Part shown: positions 13,233 through 25,655 of the stretch, piece by piece
Numbering within the stretch: the stretch's first letter is position 1
Layout: each line of letters begins with the position of its first letter
Origin: the human T2T-CHM13v2.0 reference genome, Homo sapiens
Strand: one strand, 5' to 3'
DNA length: 64,000 bases
Assembly: GCF_009914755.1 (NCBI RefSeq)
Contig: NC_060941.1
The notes under the pieces: model-generated
Seen by the model: the letters and a program-made list of their open reading frames with translations, nothing else
What the model was told of the DNA's origin: nothing
Databases searched by the model: none
Translations under genes and position numbers: made by a program

Positions 13233-13263
<31 letters not shown>
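13233..13263. repeat. (AC)15 microsatellite
   Basis: Uninterrupted AC run. Confidence 0.95.
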
Positions 13264-13264
<1 letters not shown>

Positions 13265-13904
13265 CAGTTCCTCACTTGTATTAAACATCTCTATGCCTTT
13301 TTTTCTACCACACCACATCTCTGTTGTCCTTTTTTTTTTTCCCCAGCTCCAGGCCCTCTCCTACAGGAAGACTTCCTGGATTAATCTGCTAATCTTCAGC
13401 TCATCCACCTGTTTAATAGGTATGTTGGCCTCTAACTCTATACCAGGCACTGTATGGTTTTGGGGAAACAAAAGTAAATGAGATACATGTCCTGCCTTTG
13501 ATAACTCAAGGATCAGCGGGGGAGGAGGCAGAGAGATAGGTACACACACAAGTCCCTGCTCCATGGTGTGGATAGCGAGAGAAGCAACATGGCTCATGGG
13601 TTCCTGGGATTAGCACTGCCCAGCTGGAAATCATGCTGCTCCATATCTGTTCATGTTCCTTCCACCTCCAGCCCTCTCCCAGGCTGTGTTCCGCCCTCCT
13701 CCCCCAGCAGCCCAGATCTGTTTTCCCCATGAAGCCTCTTCTTTTCACAGGATCATATTTTCTCTCAGTTCGTGTCCCAGACATGTTTTCTCATGTGTGC
13801 CGAGATGGGTCTCAGAGTTGCTCTAATTGCTCCTTTCCCATTTAGACTCTTTGACTGCTTACCTCTACCCTTCCCCATTTGTTTGTTTTGAGGATTACAA
13901 ACAT

Positions 13905-14070
13905 AACGTGATGCTCTGTGACCTTGGGGGAAGTGACTAAACTTCTCTGAACTTCAGTTTCCCCACCTCCAAAATGATGGAGCTTAGAATGCCTGCCTCA
14001 CAGAACTTTTGTGCAAATGAAACGAGATATAGATTATAAAGTGTCTGGTACAATTTAGACACTTAGCAAT
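13905..14070 (+). mobile_element. MIR fragment
   Basis: tgtgaccttgggggaagtgactaaacttctctgaacttcagtttcccc. Confidence 0.75.
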
Positions 14071-14369
14071 TGACACTTTCTCTTGATGACTACGAAGAGA
14101 ACATTCGTTTTTGATGTTGGCACTCTCTTACAGGTGATTGGAGAACCATTTATAGCTCTAGAAGACATCATTTGCCCAGAGCAGTGTTTACCTGTTAGTG
14201 TCACCATCCCTTCCTGTAGGCCAGTGTCAAACACACTCCTCACACTACTCTGCTTCCTGTCCATGGCCTTAAGGTCTTCTCAAGGTCTTCTGAAGCAGCT
14301 CTTGACTAAAGCTTTCCAAGAGGGTGAGGCGATTTAGGGTGGGAAGGGGGGACTAGAAGAGAATAGCTC

Positions 14370-14575
14370 TAATGGTGCATTTCACAGCCGGGCACTTGGC
14401 TCTGTGCTTGACATTTGGCGGACATTATCAGTAACTCTGAGAGGAGGGTATTGCCAAGCCCATTTTACAGATGAGAAAGCTGAGTACAGAGAAAAAAGCT
14501 AACTTGCCCAGGGTCCCTCAGCTGAAAAGTGGCAGAGGGCTTAAATGTCAAACCCAAGTGTGTCTGAGTCTGAAG
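14370..14575 (-). mobile_element. MIR fragment
   Basis: cccattttacagatgagaaagctgag...aacttgcccagggtc. Confidence 0.75.
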
Positions 14576-15172
14576 GGTGTGGTCCACAAACTCAATAGAA
14601 ATGCTTCAACGAGACCTCAATAGCACAGACCATGATGGCAACAGTCTTGAACAGGAACTGAATTATAGAATATTCTTTAAGAAATACTGCTATAACATTT
14701 TCTATCACATGTAGCAATTCAACTTGATGGCTAATAAAACGTTTCCACATATCTTCTTAAAAACACTCTTTAATTGATAATACTCACTCGCAGTTAGCAG
14801 TATGGTTTACATAAAGGCATCAGATATTCTATCATTCTTAAAAATGCTTTTGTGTTATTCAGTTGGTTAAGCATTCCCCTCTTCAATCAGGTTTACAATA
14901 CCTATTTGCTTGGCACTAGTGGTAACAGAGATTGGTTTTAGAGTGGGTCAATTTGGCCCAGATTTGTAAGCATTGACCTAATTGTGTATAATTATGGTCT
15001 TTTTGGTGAAGTGTATGACAAGACATTAAAGAACTTTTCAGACAAACTCATTTGCAAATCAGGCAGTTTAACCCCCTATTAGACCACATGCCCATATTTC
15101 TGCTGTGGCAAATTTATTCACTTATGAATGAAGTCAGGAATTAATTAACTTTCTATGACCCTGAAATTGCTA

Positions 15173-15282
15173 CTCTGAGACGCAAGGAGGGGGACCCTCT
15201 TCTAACCCTGGGGAACCTAAGGCCAGTCCTGAGCCTGGTTTCTGGGGAGGGTTAGAAGCTCAGGGTGCAGCCTCCTGCCTCT
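15173..15282 (+). repeat. Copy A of a ~100-bp diverged direct repeat (copy B at 16588-16688)
   Basis: ctctgaga...cttctaaccctggggaacct...cctgagcctg aligns with ctctgaga...cttctaatcctggggaacct...cctgagcctg. Confidence 0.75.
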
Positions 15283-16044
15283 GCAAAGAGTAACAGGCAG
15301 GAGAGTTAAGGAAACTGAGATCTACAATCAGCTCAGCTCGAATGCTAATTTGCTACTTAACATGTGCTAGGTACATGCCATGGCCACCACCTGCTCATTA
15401 AAGGGGAAAAATCATTCTTTGCTAATAAACAGATGACATTATAATTTGAAACTCGGTGATCTCAAAATACAACTTTTCCCTCTGATTTGTCATTCCCATA
15501 AAGAAGGGTTAAAGATCAACTATTGTAAAACCAAAGCATCTCTTTGCTGTTGGTTGGTTTATAAATAAACGCCTCATACAACACGTATTCCCATTTAGTC
15601 AGCTGGTGAACACTTAGCAAGTAATTTGTCATGACAGGTATACCAGGGAAGGATGTGAAGCAAAGCCAGACGTTTAATGGGTAGTTTACTGAGATTTTGT
15701 CTATAGCTGGTTTTCTTTTTTCTTTCCAGGCAAAACCTACAGAACTAGTCCACACTGAGTGGACCTCTGGGGCTCCCAGCTGCCGATTGACCTGAACCCC
15801 AGAGTGAACTCGTGTTGCTTTGTGGCTTCAGGAAACCTTGGAACATCTCTGTGCTGTTTTTTCATTTGTGCTCAATCATTCCTGAGGCCTCCTCCTCCTG
15901 CTGCAATTTGACAAGACTTGACCAAATCATTAACTCCCAGTTAATGGGATAAAATGAGTTTGAATCTGGGATTCTGGTCATTAACCCCATGTCACCATCT
16001 GCTCCAGCAGTTTGATGGCAGGGCTAGGTGAATTCTAATCACCC

Positions 16045-16115
16045 AACACTTGTTAAACTGCTGATTCCTGCTTCCCCACCTCTGCTGACTCAGCATCTCT
16101 GGGGTGGGGCCTGCA
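16045..16115. mobile_element. MER5A-like hAT-Charlie fragment carrying a perfect T-MARE
   Basis: cttgttaaactgctgattcctg...ccccacc...ctgactcagcatctctggggtggggcc resembles the MER5A core (cttgttagaaatgcagattc...ctactgaatcagaatctctgggggtggggccc). Confidence 0.6.
16083..16095. promoter_or_regulatory. Palindromic Maf recognition element (T-MARE), also containing an ARE/AP-1 core
   Basis: Exact TGCTGACTCAGCA. Confidence 0.6.
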
Positions 16116-16319
16116 AAGGCTCTCTTCCTTGACGGGGTTATTGAGGGCAGCTCTAGGAACCCACCCAGGACCAGACCTGATGAGGAGTTCCTCCTATGCA
16201 TCAGGTATGCTGGGTCGGTTTGCGGAGTTTCATAACTTGCATTTTCCTCTGCCTGGAGAGTTCCTTGCAGCTGGCTTCTTCTGTGTCACGGCCCCACAGA
16301 GATCTTGGCTGGTCTCCCT

Positions 16320-16550
16320 ATCTCCACCCTCCACCATGCTCACTATTCCATTACAAGTTTCCTTTTCTACCCAGTACTAATCATTTTCTGCAATTCATCT
16401 CATTTCCTTGTGAACTATCTGTTGGTCCTACCAGAATGTAAGTCTCCACCTGGGGGCAGAGACCCTGCCTGGCTTGTTAGAAGCCATATCCCCAGGATTG
16501 AAGCATATGAGAGATGCTCAGAAATACAAGAATTCATGAACAAATGAACA
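16320..16550 (+). mobile_element. L2 3' end fragment
   Basis: ccagaatgtaagtctccac...ggcagagacc...gatgctcagaaatac...atgaacaaatgaa. Confidence 0.6.
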
Positions 16551-16934
16551 CGAGTGAATTCATTCAGCTCTGATGCTGAGGCTCCCTCTCTGAGATGAAA
16601 GAATGGGGAACCTTCTTCTAATCCTGGGGAACCTGGGGCCTGCCCTGAGCCTGATTCCTGAGGCAGGTGAGAGGCACCTCCTACCTCTCAACCCTGTCTA
16701 TTGTTACCCCCAGCACCCAGGGAAGACCTCACTGGAGCCTGAGTCAGTGCAGGGGGCCAAGAGGAATCTGTGCACCCAGAGAATCTTGGCTGAGTTACCT
16801 GATTTTAAAACTCCTGACTTAAGGTGCTATTGACCAAGTACTCCTTAGCTCCATCGCCTACAAAACCACAGGTGCAGGTGAAAGTTGAGTTTAGGTATGA
16901 ACTGAATACTGTTTAGCTACCCTATTTAAAAAAT

Positions 16935-17237
16935 TGTTTTCATTTGTTTGTTTGTTGAGACAGGGTCTCACACTGTCACTCAGGCTGGAGTGCAGTGACA
17001 TGGTCATAGCTCACTGTGGTCTTGAACTTCTGGACTCAAGCTCTCCTCCTGCCTCAGCCTCCTGAGTAGCTGAGACTACAAGGTGCCACCACATCCAGCT
17101 AATTTTTAAAACCTTTTTTGTAGAAATGGGGGCTCTCCCTATGTTGCCCAGGTTTGTCTCGAGCTCCTGGCCTCAAGGGATCCTCCTGCCTCAGCCTCCC
17201 AAAGCAGTGGCCACAGGCATGGGCACTGCACCCGGCC
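16935..17237 (-). mobile_element. AluJ-type SINE
   Basis: gagacagggtctcacactgtcactcaggctggagtgcagtg ... cactgcacccggcc; J-type 'ctcaagggatcctcctgcctcagcc'. Confidence 0.92.
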
Positions 17238-19566
17238 AAAAGAAATATTCTGTCTTCGCTTCCAACTTGAAATGGACTGCTTACCTTGGCACTTCCCATG
17301 CCGGCTTCTCTCCACTTTCCAATCTAACAGGATAATGATGTCATACAGAAATAACTTACAGTAGGTATTTAGTAAATGCTGGTGTGCAATATGGAATAAA
17401 ATTCACAAGAGGAATTCCAAACTGTTCCTTATCCTCAAATCATTTTTTAATAGCCAAAAAATTAGTCTGAAATTTGAGTCCTCGCCCTTCAGTGTAAAAT
17501 CAGTAGCTTTTAATTTTCCCTTATTTTGTTTGCTTTAAAGAGGCACACCTACCTATAGTCCCTTAGTCATGTAAGGGCTGACCCCTCCCACTGGTCTAAA
17601 GCGGGGCTTCTGGACCATGCCTGACCACAGCCATCTGATCCTGAGGAGCCTTTAACCCAGTACTTCTGTTTAAAGAAACAAAAGTCCTCTCCTAAATAAA
17701 CAAAGCAGGCCTGACTCAAATCTCTCCGATGGGTAAAGGAAAGTACCCAGGAGCAGGAGGCTTGGATTTCTGATTTTATTTCGTGTCATTTCCCTTCCTC
17801 AAAGGTGTGAAACTCCACCCCACGCCACTCCTTTCCTATTCATCCTCTACTGGATGTTTTTTCCTCTAAATAATTTTTATTTTCTATTTTTGTCTGTATG
17901 TGTTCTCCTCTTTTAGTCTACTTCTGTCCCTCTTTCCCCTGCGAAGGAAAAATAGAAGAAAGAAGCCATCTCTGTTTGCTTTCTCCCTGTCACTCAATCT
18001 CTGGAGCCAACTGCTTCACAAATAAAGAGAAGTGCACAGAGAGTCCCTGAAGCCCACCATCAACAGACAGGCTTTCAACAAAACTGTATCAGCACCGCCT
18101 TGGCCATAGCTACACTCTACAGAAAATGGGAGAGAGGAACAGCGCTAGAGAAGTTTGTCCTTGCCTGGTTCCCGGGTGGAACTTCCTCTCCCCCTTGTGT
18201 TCTATGCGTGTGGTTACAGCTGCCTCTGATCTTTGGTGACCAGCGGTTGGCAGTGGTGGTATTTCAGCATACCTTGATCATCGTGCTTATTACACAGCCT
18301 CCTTTACCATCAACCCTACCTACCTTCTTCTAGCCATGCCCCCCACCTCCTCCCGTCTCTATCCATCTCTTCGCTCTTTTAAAAAATACTTAAGTGTGTA
18401 CAGATCACAGTGACTTCATTTGTGTGCCCATTCACATTTGATGACTTCCATAACCCCCATACAAGTAGTTGTGTATTCGTTTTAATTCACTTTATTTATT
18501 TCCTAGCTCTTTCATAAAATAAAATGAAATATAAGTAATGAAATGGGAATAAAAAAGAGAAAAATAGAATTGAGGGGGAAAAGGAGAAATGCATCTATGT
18601 TTGTGATCACGTTCATCTTTCTCCATGCATCAATATGCATACTATTATGAATTCATTGCACGTATTTTAACATGTAGGCACTACATGGGGATGTGGTGTC
18701 TACATACCACCTCTATAGTGGTAGGCACTGCAAAGGGACATACAAAAGGTAAAAAGCATAGTCTCTACTCTCATAGGACTTTTCATCTCATGGATGTGGC
18801 ACTCATAATGTCTTTTATCTGTGTCCCACTTGATGTGAAACTCTTTAGTAGGCATGATCCTATTTGATTTCCATAAGCAGAAGAGGGGTCACTGTTTCCA
18901 TGTTATGAGAGAGGAAACTGAGGTTCAGAGAGTGAAAGGACCCTGATGAGATAATGGAACTGGGGCTCAAATCCTGGTTTCCCGACTCAACATTTCACAT
19001 TCTTTCTACTCTGTCATTATTCATTAGTCAAGTTTCTCCACAGACAACTCACTGAGCCACAACATATGAAGCAGCATGGTAATGCCACTAGACTGGTCAT
19101 GATCAGAAGATGTGGCCCCAGGGAAGAGAAAGCAAGAGAGCTGGAGATAGCAGAGAAAGCACCAAGGAAGGGCTTGGCCGTGCAGCTCTAGCAGGGAGGT
19201 CCTTCCTTTCAGCCCCCAAGTGTCCCTCTGTGTCTCATCTAAAAAGCAAAAAAAGAGGAGAACTAGAGCTTATGGTTGAAGGCGTGAGAATGAGGTGTCT
19301 TTTCCCTCTATCTCTGTAATATACAAGTATAAATACTATATATACATATGTATATGTGTTCCTTTTTTCTGTGTCTGATTATGCATGCAATTTAGCAAGG
19401 ATTTATTGCCTAATTTTGGTCTGGGCACTTTGCTAACGCAATGGGGGAGGATACCAAGAAATTAGGGACTCAGCCTCATTGTCCCCAGAGACTCCTGGGG
19501 GTGGGCAAGGCACGGTGTCTGTGCATACTGCTGGGGGAGCTCTGGATTAGGGGACATCAGGAGACA

Positions 19567-20299
19567 TGACATTGAAATGTCCTACTCAGTTCTCTGTACA
19601 GATTGGATTTCCGTGGAAGAAAGAAAATCAACATGTATTGGGAGTCAACATCTCATTCAGTCCTGTGAGTTTATTCTGCCTATTTTTCAGACAAGGAGAC
19701 TAAGGCTTCAAGACGGTAAGTAAATTGCCCACAGTGTCACTGCTGGTGTGGGAATGAGCTTCAGGGTCATTGAGTCATGCTGCTGCCCAGGTACCCTGTA
19801 AGGCCGTCAAGTGTTGTGGGTAAGGGTTTTGGTGCTGACGTTCAGGTGATTGTGAGTTTAAAGCCTGGGCCCACCCACACCAGCAGTGTTATTTGAAGCA
19901 TGCTATTGAACGTGCCTAAACTTCCGTTTGCTCATCGGTAACATGGGAACAGTAACAGTGCCTACCTCATAAGACTGATGGGAGGATGTGATCAGCTAAA
20001 GTGTGTAAAGTACCAATAAGTATCTAATAAAGTTCAGTAACTATGTCACTATTAATACCACTGTTATAATCACTACTTTTGTCTAAAGGAGACCCAGGTG
20101 ACATGAAGCTATTATGCCCTGTGGACTTGAGATCTTGAATTAGGGTTTGATTGTGAGACTACCAGACAAGCAGTGGGATTTAAATATTCATGGACCAGGG
20201 TCCATCTAGGTCTGATGGGACAAGGAAGGGACCCTCACAGTTGATTACCCTGAGATGGGAGAGGAAACTCTGCTAGAGGCATTTACACCTTACTAAGCA
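19567..20299 (+). repeat. Copy 1 of a ~730-bp old local duplication (contains MIR pieces plus unique sequence)
   Basis: Colinear with 22226-22995 from tgacatt to acacctta.taagca, about 75-80% identical by eye. Confidence 0.93.
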
Positions 20300-21112
20300 T
20301 TTCTGGTGTATCAAGCTCTCTGCTAGCTTGTGAGGATGTAATGTTCATTAAGACATGTTCCCATAGGCTCTGGTCCAGCTTCTACCAGTTTTTAGCTGGA
20401 CCACTGGTTTCTCCTAAGACAAACATAGGAGCCAGATGACTTCTGTAGTGCCTTGTAGACCTAGTCCAGTCCTTGGTGGTTCTGTGAACACTCACCTTGG
20501 CTCTGTCCCATAGAAGTACCAGGAGTCTTCCCAGGGGAGAGATTAAGAAACTCTTGCTCCTTCATCCTCTGTGATGGTTTGGAGCCTGAACAGCCTCCAG
20601 CCTAGGCCAAGTGTTCTTGGAGGATTCGCTTCTTTATCCCAGTCCCTCATCAGTGCCTCCTATAAGAGCCCCACCTGCTTTACTGAGCAATTGACTCCTA
20701 CATCCATATATCTCTACCACTCCTCAAACCAAACTGCCAACCACCTCTAAGGCAGCTATTGATTTCACTGACCATAATGGAGTGTGTTCTCCATTATGCT
20801 GTTTAGTCACAGCACTAAACATCAGAAGGGATTCAAAGAGGAATCAGGCTAATGCCTTTCATCCAAGGAGCTGACAGATGGATGAGCCAGACTGGCATGC
20901 ACACAGTCAGCACAAGGGAATAGGCTGTGATGGAGCTGGGTGTGCAGGGGACTGAGAGTGGAATTAGCATCCAGTTTCCAATCCTACTGCTGTAGCTGGC
21001 ATTAAGGCATTCTATTACTCTCTCCAGACACAATCAACTTTATTCTTCAAGGTAGACACTTGCTATATGCCAATAACTATGCCAAGAATGTATACGCATT
21101 ATATTAGTTAAT

Positions 21113-21332
21113 GAGAGTTTCTCAACTTTAACACTGTTGACACTTTGGGCTGGATAATTATTTGTTGTGGGGAGCTGTCCTGTGCATTGTAGGATGTTTA
21201 ACAGAACCCTTGGCCTCTATCCACCAGACACCAGCAGCGCCACCCCCCTTCCCCAATTGCAACAACCAAAAATGTTTGCAGACATTGTCAAATGTCCCCT
21301 GGGGACAAAATCATCCTCAGTTGGGAACCACT
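21113..21332 (-). mobile_element. MER20 DNA transposon (hAT-Charlie), near full length, inserted in a MIR
   Basis: Reverse complement follows the MER20 consensus: agtggttcccaac...tttgtccccaggggacatttgacaatgtctg...aaacatcctacaatgcacaggacagc...ttgagaaac. Confidence 0.9.
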
Positions 21333-22225
21333 AAATGAATCCTAATATAGACCAGTGACATAGGTACAATGATCATTTCCACTTTACAGTAAACTGAGGC
21401 ATAACAAGGTTAAACCATATGTCCAAAGTCACATAGCTAGGAGCTGGAAGCAGGGCCAATCTGTTTCCACAGCCCTTAAGCTTACTGTCCTCCCTGTTTT
21501 GCCTATCTCTGCATGCATGGAGCTAAGGACTCTGTAATACTCAATAAACCCATGCAAAGATGAACCATTTCTAATGGCAAACCCTGCTGTTTATATTGCA
21601 TTTACTATCTTACCTTCCATAAACCACACAACAACTCTTCAGTGTAGCTCCTGCTCCCATTTTATAAAGGAGCACACTGAGACCTGGATTGACAGAAAGG
21701 GATTGCCCCAAGTCACAGAGCAGAGCAGCTACCAGAGGCTGGCTTTGGGCCCACGTCTTGTAATTCTACACTCTCCAGTACTCAGAGAGTTGAGTAAACA
21801 CCGATTAAACTATAGGAGGCTGGCAGGCAACTTAATAAAAAAATAAATGCAAATCCAGCATGATGGATATATTTAGCAGATAAATTATTATGTGATGGTA
21901 TAAAAATAGATCAAGGGAGAGCACATGAAATTGCAAGCCTGACTGTGTGAGAGACAGGGAAGGCGCATGGAGAGCGTCGGGTACATTTAATTAACTTTGC
22001 TGGGAAAACATTCACAGGCTGCCACCTGAAACCAAAACATTCATGGGCTCCACTTAAAGTCACAATACATGTAGTCCTATTGGGAAGAGTTATAATCCAA
22101 TAGAGCTTGAAGTCATTGATTAAAACAATGTCAGTGCTCAAATGCTTTGATGTGTAAACCCAATTCTCACCCGTATATAAGATAACCAGGCATGCATTTG
22201 TGGTCTGTGTGACCCATAAGCTCAC

Positions 22226-22995
22226 TGACATTAAAATGTCCCACTCAGCTTTCTGTACAGATGGATTTCCACGGAGAGAAGGAAATCAACATGTATTGAG
22301 AGTCAACATCTCATTCAGTCCTGTGAGTTTATTCTGCCTATTTTAGGCAAAGAGACTAAGGCTTCAAGAGGACAAGTGAAATGCCCATAGTGCCACTGCT
22401 GGTGCAGGAATGAGCTTCCGGAAAGAGTCAGGTTCATTGAGTCATGCCACCACCCAGGTGCCTTGTGAGGCCACTGAGTGTCGTGGGTAAGGGTTTGGGT
22501 GCTGCCATCCAGATGACTGAGTTTAAATCCTGGACCCACCCACACCAGCTATGTTACTTGGAGCATGCTATTGCCCTTGCCTAAACTTCAGTTTGCTCAT
22601 CTGTAAAATGGGAGCAATAAGTGCCCACCTCATAGGAATGATGGGAGAATGTAATGAGCTAAAGTATGTAAACCATTGATAAATATCTAATAAAAGCTTG
22701 CAATGATAAGATGCCGTTATTAATTACTATAATACTAATGTCTAAAGGAGCCCCAGGTGGCATGGAGCTATACCCTGTGGACTTGTGATCTCTGTTCCAT
22801 GCCAAATGGAAAGCATACAGTCATGAATCAGGGTTTGAGTGTGAGAGCAGACAAAGAGTGAGATTTAAATATTCATTAGTCAGGGTTCATCTAGGTCCCT
22901 GGGGACAGGAGAGGATTCTCATGATTAATTTCAGGGGCCTTTTCCCTGAGATGGGGGGGGACACTCTGCTATGGTCATGTACACCTTATTAAGCA
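22226..22995 (+). repeat. Copy 2 of the ~730-770-bp old local duplication
   Basis: Colinear with 19567-20299, with small insertions relative to copy 1. Confidence 0.93.
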
Positions 22996-24915
22996 CTGCT
23001 TGAAATCCTCCCTACCACAAAAGTGCTGTGATTTCAAGGTTTCCCTCTTTTATGGGAAAACCATAGCACAAGAATCTACACTGTAAACCCTATGCCTACT
23101 TAAGCCCAGAAGGAGCCTGTTACCTCATAGAATAATCTTATTTTGCCTTCAAAAGAAGCAGTTATCAAGTGCTCGCTGGGCTTCAGCTGTTTTCACATCC
23201 ATTTTATTTTGAAAGCAACTGCCCTGCAGATCTTGTGACCCTTGACTGATAGGCGAGGCACCCGAGAACATGGGAACGAATGCATGTGCTCGTGGTTTTC
23301 ATAGAATTTGGGGCATTGGAAAATGGAAGGTAGGTGCTTCTGGGTCTCAGAAATTTGCACGTCAGAACCCCTCCTAAGGGGCGTCATACGTGTCTCTGAG
23401 TCTTGTATACAGAGATATCCAAGCAGGAGTGGAAGAATGCTTTTTAAAAAGTAACAAAGTCAGGCCTAGTAGATAGAGTCTGAATGACTCATTATAACAT
23501 AACATTTTCTCCTGTCTCTCAAAACAGGAGAATTAGCTCACTAACTATTATATAAGCTCTTTGAGGACAGAGAACAAGTCTAATTGAGCATTACATCCTC
23601 AAAGACTGGCAGAAATCTCAAAACATCAGAGATGCTCAAAACTATGGAAAGAAAAAAAATGTCCTCAAAGAAAACTTCAGCGCATATTCTTCTTTTTATT
23701 CAAGTATCCACTGATTCACCTTCATGGGCCAGGCTCTTGGGTACAATGTGCATGAGGCAGTTCAAGTCCCCACCATCCTGGGACTTGGTCTAACTAGTGC
23801 TTCTGCACAAATGAGCTTCCAACAGTTGTGTATTCTCTGATATTGCAGGATGAACCATAGGCCCTTAAAGAAGAAAAGAAAAAAAAAAGAAAAAGAGTAC
23901 TTAACAATTGCATTCTTTGTGTTTCTTGCCAGAATGGACCAGAAACTACTAGCAATTATGTTGAAGCCATTAGTGCAAAGCCAATTTGCTTCTAGAGTTA
24001 CAGTTGCACTCCAGGAACTTGAGCTACACTCCAGAGAGATCATTAGTTGCTGCAGACATGTTACTGAGGGCAGAGGTGTCATTTCCAGTCTGGAATGTCC
24101 TCAGTCAAGTGTGGGAGCAGAAAATGGGGGTCAAAATAATTAACCTCATGTGATTTTGGCAGGACTTCTTGCAAAATCACCCATATACACTTAACATTTA
24201 TTTCAGTTGAATAATCTCAATGTATCAGTTTTATCAAAATATTTCTTTTTCTCTTTTATTTTCCCACCTGGCTGACCTTTTTTTTTTTAATTTTTTTTAT
24301 TTTTTTTTTCTGGCTTTCAATACAAACACCTTTAACTTACTTTCTTTGATTCCATTCTCCCTTCCCATTCCCAGTAATAGATGATTGTAACTAATGGAAC
24401 TCACAAGTATTGCTGGTTGATGCCTTTGCTAGGATTTTCAGTACCATAATCCTCTCACCAGATCATAAGTCTCAGGAGAAAACACCTAATTTCTCCCTTT
24501 GTAAAACTTTCCTTGACTTCGTTTCAATTAAATCACTTTCACCGACCCCAGGCCTCCATTAACTATATCCATCGAAATCATCTGTTTCACCACTCTGTGT
24601 CCGAGGCTGAGGCAGACACCCCGGCAGCATCCCAACTGACCGAGGAGATGACAGAGTGGGGCTGGCAGGGGTTCAGTTATCAACTCTGGGTTCCAATACT
24701 GTTTCCACCAGTCACTACTGGAGATGGGTCCTTCAACAGCTCATCGGGAGAATGAGGATAACAACATTTATCAGCTTGTAAGAAATAAAATGGATAAGTA
24801 TGTGAAGTTTCTATCAGTGTGGATTTTGATGAGCCTTAATTCCATCATCTCCATTCAACAAACATGTCCTGAAATCCACCTATATGCAAAGTGTTGCACA
24901 CGACATAAGTTTGCC

Positions 24916-25220
24916 AGCTGGGTGCATTGGCTTACCTCTATAATCCAGCACTTTAGGAGGCTGAGGCAGGAGGATCGCCTGAGCCCAGGAGTTTGAGACC
25001 AGCCTGGGCAACATGGTGAGATCCTGTCTCTACAAAAACTTTTAAAACTTAGCCAAGCGCGGTGGCATGTACCTATGGTCTCAGCTCCTCAGGAGGCTGA
25101 GGAAGGAGGATTGCTTGAGCCCAGGAGTTTGAGGCTGCAGTGAATTGTGATCACGCTGCTACACTCCAGCCTGGGTGATAGAGCAAGACCCTGTCTCAAT
25201 AAATGAATAAATAAGTAAAA
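24916..25220 (+). mobile_element. AluJ-type SINE
   Basis: gaggatcgcctgagcccaggagtttgagacc; right arm ttgcttgagcccaggagtttgaggctgcagtga; AAAT-type tail. Confidence 0.92.
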
Positions 25221-25446
25221 TATTTAAATAAAATATTTAGAACTGGTATGAGATATTTCAGTAATTGGGGTATAATTACAGTCACATATTTTTGTTGTTA
25301 TTAAATGAATCACTCAAGCCATTTCTTCTAATCAACATGAAGTCCAGAATCTCTCTCCTTGCTTCTTGATATTATTTTATCTTCCCTGTATTTATTCTCA
25401 CCACTTATCTAAGAGCTCCAGGGCTTTGTCAGTCACTCTTGCTTTA

Positions 25447-25655
25447 CAGGGATGCCCAATCTTTTGGCTTCCCCGGTCCACAACGGAATAAGACTTTGTC
25501 TTGGGCCACACGTAAAATACACGAACACTAACGATAGTTGATGAGCAAAAAAAAAGAAAAAAAGAAAAAACATGTTTATAATGTTTTGAGAAAGTTTACA
25601 AATTTGTGTCGGGCCACATTCAAAACTGTCCTGAGCGGCGGGCTGGACAAGCTTG
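25447..25655 (+). mobile_element. MER30 DNA transposon (hAT-Charlie)
   Basis: cagggatgcccaatcttttggcttccc...ttgtcttgggccacac...ctaacgatag.tgatgagc(A)n...gctggacaagcttg matches the recalled MER30 consensus. Confidence 0.85.
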
